A program made the translations under genes and the position numbers. Under the pieces are notes generated by a model that saw only the letters and a program-made list of their open reading frames with translations, made no database searches and was not told the origin of the DNA. Positions 1 through 8,202 of a stretch of 64,000 bases of DNA are shown here, piece after piece. Each line of letters begins with the position of its first letter. The first letter of the stretch is position 1. The DNA comes from Desulforegulaceae bacterium (GTDB taxonomy: Bacteria > Desulfobacterota > Desulfobacteria > Desulfobacterales > JACKCP01), in assembly GCA_034006035.1 (NCBI GenBank), contig JAVETN010000012.1:19234-83233 (forward strand). The letters are read 5' to 3'.

Positions 1-1
1 C

Positions 2-433
2 ATAGTTTCTTACATTCTTGCTAAAATGTGCCCTGAAGCAGATGAGAAAAAAATTGTTTTCATGTCTCTTTTTCATGATCTTCCAGAGGCTAGAACTGGT
101 GATATTAATTATGTTCAAAAGAAATATGTTACAAAAAATGAAGATAAAGCTGTTGACGATATGGTTTCAGGACTTTTTTTTGGTGAAGATATAAAAAGAT
201 TGTTAAAAGAGTTCAATTCAGGAAAGACTCTTGAGTCAAAGCTGGCAAACGATGCTGACCAAATTGCTTTTTTAGCAGACTTGAAAGCTCTTAAAGATAA
301 AGGTGCAAAGGCTTCGTCAAAGTGGATTGAGGCAGTCTTTCAAAGGCTTAAAACCAATGAGGGTAAAAAAGTTGCTGAGGCACTTTTAAACTCTGATTCC
401 GATTCCTGGTGGCTTGAAAATTATGTTGACTGA
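2..433 (+). CDS. HD-domain phosphohydrolase (YfbR-like 5'-nucleotidase family); N-terminus lies off the left edge
   Basis: The frame is open from nt 2 to the stop at 431-433. It contains the HD dyad context FHDLPEARTGDI and a later DADQIAF motif, as in HD_3/YfbR-type hydrolases. Confidence 0.7.
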   Translation: MVSYILAKMCPEADEKKIVFMSLFHDLPEARTGDINYVQKKYVTKNEDKAVDDMVSGLFFGEDIKRLLKEFNSGKTLESKLANDADQIAFLADLKALKDKGAKASSKWIEAVFQRLKTNEGKKVAEALLNSDSDSWWLENYVD

Positions 434-571
434 AGCGAAAAAATAAACAAAAATTGTCTGAATACTTGTTGTTTATATAAAAACTCATTTAGAATAAGAT
501 TTAATTTGTTTATTGAAAACTTGTGTTTTTACTTTAGCAAACCCATTTGTTTTTAATTTGTTTGGATCGAG

Positions 572-1426
572 ATGCCCAGCCTTTTAATAGATAAATCAGA
601 ATATATTATGCTTAAGGATTCACATAAGAAGCTTGATGAAGCAATGAATCAGGTTGGGAATCTTGTTGCAGAAAGAAAAAAATATTCCGCCTTTGCAGAA
701 AGTTTTAAGAAAAAAGCTAAGTCTGACAATTTAGCCGCTTTAGAAACTTTGGAGTTGATATCTTCACTTATTGTAAAAAATGATAGTTTGTATTCCAAAA
801 AAGTAGCTTTTTTTGCTAAATTAGTAGGCGAGGAGTTAAAACTTGGACTTTCTCGGATAAATAAAATTGAAGTTATTTCAAGACTTCATCTTGGAGGCCT
901 TTTATTTGCAGTAAATAAAGGGGATGGCTTGGTTTTTTATCCTGAGAAAGTTGTTTTTATTCTTGAAAAATTTTCAGAGTTAAAAAAAATAGCTAAATAT
1001 TTTAAGGAGCTTGACGAATGTTTTGATGGAAGCGGGCCAAACTCCAAAACAGGAAGAAATGTTAGTATTGAAATTAGAATTGTAAGGACAGCTGCTTTTT
1101 ATTACAATTTTTATTATAAAAATTTTACAATAAATCAAATAATTGAAAAACTTAATTTTTTTTCAGGTAAAGCTCTTGATCCCTATTGTGTGTCAATTGT
1201 TTTCAAGTTGCTTCAAAAAAAAGATTTGTTTTCAGCAATTAAGGTTAAAGCTGTTAATGTTGATAAGTTAGAGCCTGGAATGGTTTTGAAATCAGCTGTT
1301 TTTTCTAAAAGAGGAGCCATGCTCCTTCCTTCAGGTACAAAGCTTGATAGAAAAATTATAGATAAAATTATTTCTTTTGATTTAAGTGAATCTGTTGCTG
1401 ATACTATATTAATACTCAACAATTGA
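572..1426 (+). CDS. Degenerate HD-GYP-like domain protein (catalytic residues substituted); possible cyclic-nucleotide sensor
   Basis: 284-aa ORF. By eye it follows the HD-GYP scaffold, but LHDIGK is LHLGGL, HHExxDGSGYP is KELDECFDGSGPN, and the first-helix His is Tyr (YSKKVAFF). The C-terminal VDKLEPGMVLKSAVFSKRGAMLLPSGTKL segment resembles accessory regions of HD-GYP proteins. Confidence 0.55.
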   Translation: MPSLLIDKSEYIMLKDSHKKLDEAMNQVGNLVAERKKYSAFAESFKKKAKSDNLAALETLELISSLIVKNDSLYSKKVAFFAKLVGEELKLGLSRINKIEVISRLHLGGLLFAVNKGDGLVFYPEKVVFILEKFSELKKIAKYFKELDECFDGSGPNSKTGRNVSIEIRIVRTAAFYYNFYYKNFTINQIIEKLNFFSGKALDPYCVSIVFKLLQKKDLFSAIKVKAVNVDKLEPGMVLKSAVFSKRGAMLLPSGTKLDRKIIDKIISFDLSESVADTILILNN

Positions 1427-1537
1427 TAGGGGTTTATATGTTTTGTTCAGTTGAGGTTTATATTTTAACTGAATAAATGGAATAAAGGTGAGTTCTTGTA
1501 CATTAATTAATAATAAATAAATTTCCAGGAGTGTTTT

Positions 1538-2314
1538 ATGGATATTACCTCCATAATCGGAATTGTGGCAGGTTTTTCGGCTATTATCGGAACAATAATG
1601 CTTGGAAGCGGTATTGGGCTTTTCATTAATATTCCTTCCATAATGATTGTTTTTGGAGGAACTATTTCTGCTGCACTTGTTGGATACCCTTTGCCTGACT
1701 TTATGAAGCTTATTAAGGCAACATCAAGGGTTTTTAAGTTCAAGATTGAAGATCCCCAAAATTTAATTGACAGGCTTATAGAAATTTCCAACAAAGCAAG
1801 AAAAGGAGGCCTTTTGTCGATTGAAGGCGATATTAATTCAATTGAAGATCCTTATTTTGCAAGTGCACTTCAAATGACTGTTGATGGAGTTAAAACAGGG
1901 GATATTGCCCAGGTTATGCAGAAAAAAATGGCAATGGTTCAACAGGAAAATAAAATTGGAATCAGTATTTTTTCTTCTCTTGGTGCCTATGCCCCAGCTT
2001 TTGGTATGGTGGGAACTTTAATAGGCCTTATTCAGATGCTCGCCAGTCTTGATGACCCTTCCTCAATAGGTCCTAAAATGGCTGTCGCCATGATAACTAC
2101 ATTTTATGGCTCCATTTTGGCAAATCTTTTGTTTTTACCTATGGCAGATAAGCTAAGACAGAGAAATACTCAGGAAATTACCAATATGAACCTTTTGTTT
2201 GAAGGAGTTATTTCAATTCGTGAAGGTGAACATCCCAGGTTGATGGAAGAAAAACTCAAAGTATATCTTATGAATAAAAAGAACAGTGCTGATTCTGCTG
2301 CACAGGCAGGTTAA
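1538..2314 (+). CDS. motA: MotA/PomA-type stator proton-channel protein
   Basis: 258 aa with four predicted TM segments. It has the MotA/TolQ/ExbB C-terminal signature (GMVGTLIGLIQML...TFYGSILANLLFLPMADKL). A GGAG-like RBS precedes the ATG. Confidence 0.85.
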   Translation: MDITSIIGIVAGFSAIIGTIMLGSGIGLFINIPSIMIVFGGTISAALVGYPLPDFMKLIKATSRVFKFKIEDPQNLIDRLIEISNKARKGGLLSIEGDINSIEDPYFASALQMTVDGVKTGDIAQVMQKKMAMVQQENKIGISIFSSLGAYAPAFGMVGTLIGLIQMLASLDDPSSIGPKMAVAMITTFYGSILANLLFLPMADKLRQRNTQEITNMNLLFEGVISIREGEHPRLMEEKLKVYLMNKKNSADSAAQAG

Positions 2315-2317
2315 ATA

Positions 2318-3121
2318 ATGGCTGAAAAAGAATCCAGTGAAGAAGAAAAAAGTTTCGGGCTTTCAGAGGGAAGTATAGAAGAGGATGAAGGTTCTGGAGG
2401 TTCTCCTGCATGGATGGCTACTTTTGCTGACCTTGTAACCCTTTTAATGTGTTTTTTTGTCCTTCTTTTTGCAATGAGCACAATTCAGGAAGAAACTTTT
2501 AAAGAGCTTGTTCAGTCTTTAAGAAGTGCTCTTGGAGTTCAGACCATTCCCGAAGCAGGGACTAGAGAAGGTCTTGTGATGCAAAGTGCCAAACCTGATG
2601 ACTCAAAACCTGAAAAGCAGGCTGTAGACGAAATGGGGGCAATGATTCAAAAGGAAATTCAAGATATTGTAACTGATGTAAAAGAACTTATTATGTTCAA
2701 TAAGCTTGCTGGAATGGTGGATGTAAAGGAAACAGAAGAAGGTGCAGTGATAACGATTTCAGATCTTGTCCTTTTCAAAACAGGGCAGGCTCAAATAACA
2801 GAAGACGGCCTTGACATTCTTCAAAAAATTGCCGGGGTGCTTAAACAGTTTCAATATCCAATTGAAATTGCGGGGCATACAGATAATATCCCCATAGACA
2901 CAAATGAGTTCCCTTCAAACTGGGAGCTTTCTTCAAGAAGAGCAACAGAGGTTGTACGATATTTTATTGGTAAGGACCTTAATCCTTATTCCCTTTCAGC
3001 AGCTGGTTATTCAAGTTTTTGCCCTGTAGATACCAATGATACTGAAGACGGTAGAGCAAAAAACAGAAGGGTTGAAATAGTGTATAGAAGGCAGGCCATA
3101 GAAAATACATTGTACAGATAA
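2318..3121 (+). CDS. motB: MotB-type stator protein with OmpA-like peptidoglycan-binding domain
   Basis: Starts 4 nt after motA. It has the PAWMATFADLVTLLMCFFVLLFA TM helix with the conserved Asp, and an OmpA-like end (NWELSSRRA...NRRVEIV). Confidence 0.85.
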   Translation: MAEKESSEEEKSFGLSEGSIEEDEGSGGSPAWMATFADLVTLLMCFFVLLFAMSTIQEETFKELVQSLRSALGVQTIPEAGTREGLVMQSAKPDDSKPEKQAVDEMGAMIQKEIQDIVTDVKELIMFNKLAGMVDVKETEEGAVITISDLVLFKTGQAQITEDGLDILQKIAGVLKQFQYPIEIAGHTDNIPIDTNEFPSNWELSSRRATEVVRYFIGKDLNPYSLSAAGYSSFCPVDTNDTEDGRAKNRRVEIVYRRQAIENTLYR

Positions 3122-3453
3122 ATATTTGAAAACCAGGTCTTTTATTGATTTTTTTACTGATTTTTACAAAGGGCAATTTTTTTATTTGATTAGCCAGTTT
3201 TTTTGTTTCAGCCTGGATTAAGCCAAGGTCTGGTCAGGTATAATTCAAAAGATTTTGTAAAAGTCGGTATCAATATATCCCTTGATTTTAATAGCACTAA
3301 ACTATAGCATTATTAAGCTGATTTTAATATGCTGGGCAGTTTATTAGTGGTTGATTCAAGGGTTTCATATTTTTCCATAAAAAAAGATTATAATAGGAAA
3401 CTTTTCTGGACTTTTAACCAAGGCAAGTTTGTAAATAGAAAGAAACAAAAACA

Positions 3454-4134
3454 ATGAAGCTTCATATTAACGATGCTGCATCGCTTTTAAATCTTCCGGT
3501 AAAGACTCTTAAAAGGTGGATCAGACAGGGCCGTATTCCTATTAACAGAGCAGGAGACACCTGTATATTTAAAAAAGAAAAATTGTATGATTGGGCAAAA
3601 CGCAACAATCTTTCCATTTCAGACAAAAAAAATTTTGATGAAAAAAGTGTTGAAACAAATAATCAAATTTTATCGGATGCTCTGATAAAAGGGGAATTTT
3701 TGTATGAAGTCCAGGGACAGACTAAAAAGGAACTTTTTTTGTCTGTGATAAAACAGCTTGGAATTGAAGACAGTGAAAATGAAAAGGAGTTTTTAAAGCG
3801 TCTTATTGAAAGAGAAGAACTTTCCTCAACAGGAATAGGCAGGGGCGTTGCTATCCCCCATCCAAGAGAGCCCATGGCCAAGCTTTTTTCTTTTCCCCTT
3901 ATTGTTGTTGTATTTCCTGAAAAACCAATTGAATTTGGGTCTATTGATAACAAAGATGTTTTTGTACTTTTTTTTATCATATCAAGAAATGTTAAAGAGC
4001 ATTTAAAACTTCTCTCAAATCTTTCATTTTGCCTGAGGCATGAAAGTTTTATCAGTTTTTTAGAGAAGAAGCCTTCCATGGATGAAGTAATTAGCAAAAT
4101 AGAAGTTTTTGAAAATCAGCTTTTGGGCCAATAG
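3454..4134 (+). CDS. Fusion of an excisionase/MerR-type HTH with a PTS EIIA-2 (PtsN-like) domain
   Basis: The N-terminus INDAASLLNLPVKTLKRWIRQGRIP is an HTH_17-type motif. The C-terminal part carries the EIIA(Ntr/Fru) phosphorylation-site context STGIGRGVAIPHPR. Confidence 0.7.
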   Translation: MKLHINDAASLLNLPVKTLKRWIRQGRIPINRAGDTCIFKKEKLYDWAKRNNLSISDKKNFDEKSVETNNQILSDALIKGEFLYEVQGQTKKELFLSVIKQLGIEDSENEKEFLKRLIEREELSSTGIGRGVAIPHPREPMAKLFSFPLIVVVFPEKPIEFGSIDNKDVFVLFFIISRNVKEHLKLLSNLSFCLRHESFISFLEKKPSMDEVISKIEVFENQLLGQ

Positions 4135-4146
4135 GAGAGAATTGCT

Positions 4147-5883
4147 TTGAGAAGGTTGTTTTTAAAAAAGCATGCACAATCAATTATTTTCAGGTTTGAT
4201 GAAAATTTTCTTTTGCTTATAATGGCAGTTATTGTGGGATTGTTGGGAGGTCTTGCTGCTGTTTTTCTTAATTATTCCCTTGAATTTTGTTATGACCATC
4301 TTCATTTTCTCCGCCAATATTGGTGGGCTTTTTTTGTGCCTGGGGTTGGAGCGATTCTATCTTCTGTTTTTTTAAAAAAAATTATAAAAGACGATAAAGG
4401 GCATGGGGTTCCAGATGTTATTTATTCTGTTTCAAAAAAAGGCGGTCTTTTAAAGGTAAGAGCTATTTTTTCAAGGCTTATATCCAGTATTCTCACCATA
4501 GGAAGCGGGGGCTCAGCAGGTCCTGAAGCTCCTATTTTATATAGTGGTGCCTCAATTGGCTCAAACATCGCCACCCTTTTTTCACTTAATGAAAGGCAGA
4601 GGATAACTCTTTTAGGTTGCGGTACTGCAGCAGGAATTTCAGCAATATTTAATGCTCCTGTGGCTGGGATAATTTTTACTCTTGAGGTCATTTTAGCTCA
4701 ATGGAACACCATTTATCTTGTACCTGTTGCAATAGCTTCAGTTACAGGAACAGAATTGAGTAGATTTTTAAGAGGAAATCAAATCCCCTTTAGTAATAGT
4801 GGATTTGATATAGGACTTAACGAGCTTTTTGCTGCTGTTTTTCTTGCTGTTATAACTGCTATTGTTTCAGTGTTTTTTACAAGAGCAATGGAAAAAAGCA
4901 ATAAGCTGGCCAGTTTTTTTGAAAAAAAATTAAGTCTTCCTTTTTTTGTCAAAGCAGGTATTGGGGGCTGTGTTGTGGGAATAATAGGTTATTTTATTCC
5001 AGATGTAATGGGACAAGGGTATCATTCCATAAGAGATCTTATTTCAGGGACATATAGCACAGGGCTTGGAATAGTAGGTCTTGTCCTCCTTGCCAAAGTA
5101 ATTGCCACATCAATTACTCTTGGCTGGGGGGGCTCAGGCGGAGTCTTTGCCCCTTCTCTTGTGATAGGAAGTTTGACCGGAGTTGTCTTTTACCGATGTT
5201 TTACAATGATTTTTCCTGAAACTAATCTGGTAAGTGAAGGATTGTTTGCTTTACTTGGAATGTCGGGTGTGATGGCTGGGGTTTTACAAGCTCCTCTAAC
5301 AGGTGTTTTTCTTATAGTTGAAATCACAGGGGGCTATGAAGTTATTGTCCCTCTTATTATAGTTTCGTCCTTGTCTTCAGTGATATGCAGATATCTTGAG
5401 CCTGCGTCTATTTACTTAAAAGAGCTTGTTGAAAAAGGCACTCTTTTGAGGTCTGGAACAGATGCAAAAGTTCTTTCAGATCTTAAAGTGGAGGAAATTT
5501 TAGAAAAAGACTGCCTTGAACTCTATAACGATATGAGACTAAAGGAAGTTATTTATCTGCTTAAGGTTTCCAGAAGAAATTTCTTTCCTGTTCTTGATAG
5601 AAAAACCAATGATTTTCTAGGAGTTGTTCACCTTGATGATATAAGGCCCTATCTCCTTGATTCCCTTATGTATGAAACAGTTTTTGTTTATCAGATAATG
5701 AATACTGAAACACCGGTAATTTCTCGTGATGTTGAGTTAAGAGATGCCCTTAGAATAATGGATGATTTTGAATTGTTTAGTATTCCTGTTCTTGAGGGGA
5801 AAAAGTTTTTGGGAGTAATATCCAAGGCAACTCTTCTTGATCAATACAGAAGGGAACTTATGGTCCAGACTTCAGAAATTTAG
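4147..5883 (+). CDS. ClC-family chloride channel / Cl-/H+ antiporter with C-terminal CBS pair
   Basis: ClC selectivity motifs GHGVPDV, GGSAGPEAP and GVFAPSL are present, with multiple TM helices. The C-terminal ~130 aa has two CBS-like repeats. The start is TTG at 4147, 12 nt after the previous stop, so the start is uncertain. Confidence 0.85.
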   Translation: MRRLFLKKHAQSIIFRFDENFLLLIMAVIVGLLGGLAAVFLNYSLEFCYDHLHFLRQYWWAFFVPGVGAILSSVFLKKIIKDDKGHGVPDVIYSVSKKGGLLKVRAIFSRLISSILTIGSGGSAGPEAPILYSGASIGSNIATLFSLNERQRITLLGCGTAAGISAIFNAPVAGIIFTLEVILAQWNTIYLVPVAIASVTGTELSRFLRGNQIPFSNSGFDIGLNELFAAVFLAVITAIVSVFFTRAMEKSNKLASFFEKKLSLPFFVKAGIGGCVVGIIGYFIPDVMGQGYHSIRDLISGTYSTGLGIVGLVLLAKVIATSITLGWGGSGGVFAPSLVIGSLTGVVFYRCFTMIFPETNLVSEGLFALLGMSGVMAGVLQAPLTGVFLIVEITGGYEVIVPLIIVSSLSSVICRYLEPASIYLKELVEKGTLLRSGTDAKVLSDLKVEEILEKDCLELYNDMRLKEVIYLLKVSRRNFFPVLDRKTNDFLGVVHLDDIRPYLLDSLMYETVFVYQIMNTETPVISRDVELRDALRIMDDFELFSIPVLEGKKFLGVISKATLLDQYRRELMVQTSEI

Positions 5884-5885
5884 AG

Positions 5886-6671
5886 CTAAAGCATCTTGTG
5901 AATAAGGTTTACAGGGGATTTAAGAATTCTTTTTGCCAGATTCCCAAATTGGGGAGTAATATCTGAAACGTAAAACTCTCTTTTTCCACTTGTCCCTATG
6001 AGAAGATTTGTGTTTTCATGGGAATTAACAAAGTCTTCAACCTGTTGTGCAATTGCAGTTGAAGAGTCAATTGTTTTCACTCTTTTACCTGCCTTGACTG
6101 AAATAAGTTTTTTTAAAATTGGATAGTGTGTACAGCCAAGAATAAGGGTGTCAACCTGTCTTCTTTTTAAAGGCATGAGGTATTTTTTTAAAATTCTTTT
6201 TGTTTCCGGGGTGTTAAGCAATCCTTCTTCAATAAGCGGAACAAGTAAGGGAGATGAATTTGAAAAAACTTTTATCTTGGAGTTGATTTTATTTATTTTT
6301 TTTTCATAAACAGCACTTGAGATAGTAGCTCTGGTTCCTATTATCCCTATTTTTTGATTTACAGTTGTTTTTACTGCCAACTCAACAGCAGGGGTAATCA
6401 CTTCAAAAACAGGTACCTCATATCTTTTTCTTAAAAGCTCTGTTGCAGCACTTGAAGCTGTATTACAGGCTATAATGATAATTTTAGCCCCTTTTTCAAT
6501 TAAAAAATCTGCATTTTCTGCTGAATAACTTTTTATTGTCTCTGGACTTTTAGAGCCGTAGGGGGTTCTTGCTGTATCGCCGAAATAAAGAATGTCTGAA
6601 TTGGGAAGCCTGTCTGTTATAGCTTTTACAGTTGTCAGCCCTCCGATCCCTGAATCAAAAATACCTATCAT
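5886..6671 (-). CDS. murI: Glutamate racemase
   Basis: IGIFDSGIGGLT, ACNTAS and GCTHYP motifs; 261 aa. Confidence 0.92.
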   Translation of the reverse strand: MIGIFDSGIGGLTTVKAITDRLPNSDILYFGDTARTPYGSKSPETIKSYSAENADFLIEKGAKIIIIACNTASSAATELLRKRYEVPVFEVITPAVELAVKTTVNQKIGIIGTRATISSAVYEKKINKINSKIKVFSNSSPLLVPLIEEGLLNTPETKRILKKYLMPLKRRQVDTLILGCTHYPILKKLISVKAGKRVKTIDSSTAIAQQVEDFVNSHENTNLLIGTSGKREFYVSDITPQFGNLAKRILKSPVNLIHKML

Positions 6672-6683
6672 TAGTAAAACCTT

Positions 6684-7127
6684 TTATTTTGCAAATTTTT
6701 CAAGTTTGCCTAGTTCTTCTTTGGTTCTGGTTGTTTTAAGAGATTCAAGTATAAAACTATTTAGCTCGGCTCTGCTGCTTTGTTTTTTTATACCGGGGCA
6801 TGCTTCAGCCATTTGTTCCCAGTTTTCCGGGACTTTGATTACAGCAGGAATAAAAGGCCACTCTCTGCACATTCTGGGTTTTACAGGGTGGATTGAGCAG
6901 TTTTTATTAAAAAAGATGCATTTCCCATCTTTGCCACAGGCTATCATATACCTTCCGGTTGAAGAAAGGCAGAGATATTCTTTTTTAAGTTTTTCTATGG
7001 TTATATTCAAAAAACTTGCAATTTCTTCTATTTTTTTTTTATCAACATAGGTTCCGCCTTGACCTGAGCAGCAGTCGCCACATTGGGAACATTCAAAAAA
7101 ATTAGACATTTTTTTATTTGAAATCAT
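6684..7127 (-). CDS. YkgJ-family (UPF0153) cysteine-cluster protein
   Basis: N-terminal CSQCGDCCSG cluster plus later Cys residues typical of the CxxCxxCC family. It overlaps the recR stop by 14 nt. Confidence 0.6.
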   Translation of the reverse strand: MISNKKMSNFFECSQCGDCCSGQGGTYVDKKKIEEIASFLNITIEKLKKEYLCLSSTGRYMIACGKDGKCIFFNKNCSIHPVKPRMCREWPFIPAVIKVPENWEQMAEACPGIKKQSSRAELNSFILESLKTTRTKEELGKLEKFAK

Positions 7128-7722
7128 ATCTTTTTTCCATTGCTCTTTTTAAAGTAACTTGATCAAAATATTTTAAATCTCCACCCATGGGAATTCCAGA
7201 GGCTATTCTGGAAATTTTTAGATGGCTAAATATTTTTTTTAAATTTTCTGCTATAAAAGAGGCAGTTGCCTCTCCTTCAACGCTTGTACCCGTAGCTATT
7301 ATTACCTCATTTATTTTTTCTTCAGGTACCCTTTTGAAAAGCTCTTTGAGTCTTATTTCGTCTGGACCAATTCCGTCCATGGGAGAAAGGGCACCCTGTA
7401 AGATATGGTATAATCCGCTATATGAGCTGCTTTTTTCTATGGACGCCATGTCAGCCGGTCTTTCAACAACACAAATAGTTTTTTTATCTCTTTTTTCACT
7501 GGAACAAATTTTGCATATATCCTGATCTGTAAGAGCAAAGCACTTTTTACACATTTTTGTATTTTTTTTTAGCCCTGCTATGGCAGCTGCAAGCTTAACA
7601 GCTTCATTTTCCGGAGTTTTAAGCAGGTGAAGAACAAGTCTTTCAGCTGTTTTTTCTCCTATGCCGGGAAGTTTTCTAAATTCTTTAATAAGCTTTGCAA
7701 CAGATTCAGGATAACCGTACAT
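7114..7722 (-). CDS. recR: Recombination protein RecR
   Basis: Helix-hairpin-helix KLPGIGEKTAERL, C4 zinc finger CKKC...CKIC, and a Toprim-like C-terminus. The ATG at 7722 has a GGAG 5 nt upstream and aligns with known RecR N-termini. The maximal ORF reaches 7743. Confidence 0.9.
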   Translation of the reverse strand: MYGYPESVAKLIKEFRKLPGIGEKTAERLVLHLLKTPENEAVKLAAAIAGLKKNTKMCKKCFALTDQDICKICSSEKRDKKTICVVERPADMASIEKSSSYSGLYHILQGALSPMDGIGPDEIRLKELFKRVPEEKINEVIIATGTSVEGEATASFIAENLKKIFSHLKISRIASGIPMGGDLKYFDQVTLKRAMEKRYDFK

Positions 7723-7878
7723 CAAGTCTCCAAAAGCAAACAATTGCTTTTACTTAGTTTTTGGCTAAGTATTTTTTATGTTAATTAAAACGATAAACAA
7801 AATAAAGATTTTTAGTTTCATTTTTTTCAAAGAGTCTTTATTTGAATAATTTAGCGCTTGATTTATGTTTAATAAGTT

Positions 7879-8202
7879 TTACATAAGGCCTGGAATATTC
7901 ATTCCCCCGGTTACTTCTCCCATTGCCTTTGAAACCATTTCCTGGGATTTGTTAAGCCCGTCATTTACAGCAGCAATAACAAGATCTTCGAGCATTTCAA
8001 CATCCTCAGGATCCACAGCTTCTTTTTCTATTTTTATGGAAACAATGTTTTGCTTTCCATTGACAACAACTTTAACCATCCCGCCTCCAGAACTTGCCTC
8101 AACAGTTTTGCTGGCAACTTCTTCTTGCATTTTAGCCATTTTAGCCTGAAGTTTTTGAGCCTGCTTCATCATTTGGCCCATATTACCGCCCATTCGTTTC
8201 AT
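7879..8202 (-). CDS. ybaB: Nucleoid-associated protein YbaB/EbfC
   Basis: 107 aa with MMKQAQKLQAKMAKMQEE...GGGMVKVVVNG, typical of YbaB. Its ATG overlaps the dnaX TAA (TAATG), and a GGAGG RBS lies upstream. Confidence 0.9.
   Translation of the reverse strand: MKRMGGNMGQMMKQAQKLQAKMAKMQEEVASKTVEASSGGGMVKVVVNGKQNIVSIKIEKEAVDPEDVEMLEDLVIAAVNDGLNKSQEMVSKAMGEVTGGMNIPGLM

Noticed and set aside
1538-3121. MotA/MotB homologues as a possible Zorya-type anti-phage system (ZorA/ZorB).
   Set aside because: MotA here is only 258 aa, with no long ZorA-like C-terminal tail. No ZorC/ZorD-like or nuclease/helicase genes follow. The downstream genes are an HTH-EIIA fusion and a ClC channel.
3663-4097. 144-aa minus-strand ORF.
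   Set aside because: It is antisense to the HTH-EIIA gene, whose motifs (GIGRGVAIPH) support the plus-strand frame.
6592-7050. 152-aa plus-strand ORF.
   Set aside because: It is antisense to murI and the YkgJ-like gene. It has no motif and a shadow-ORF composition.
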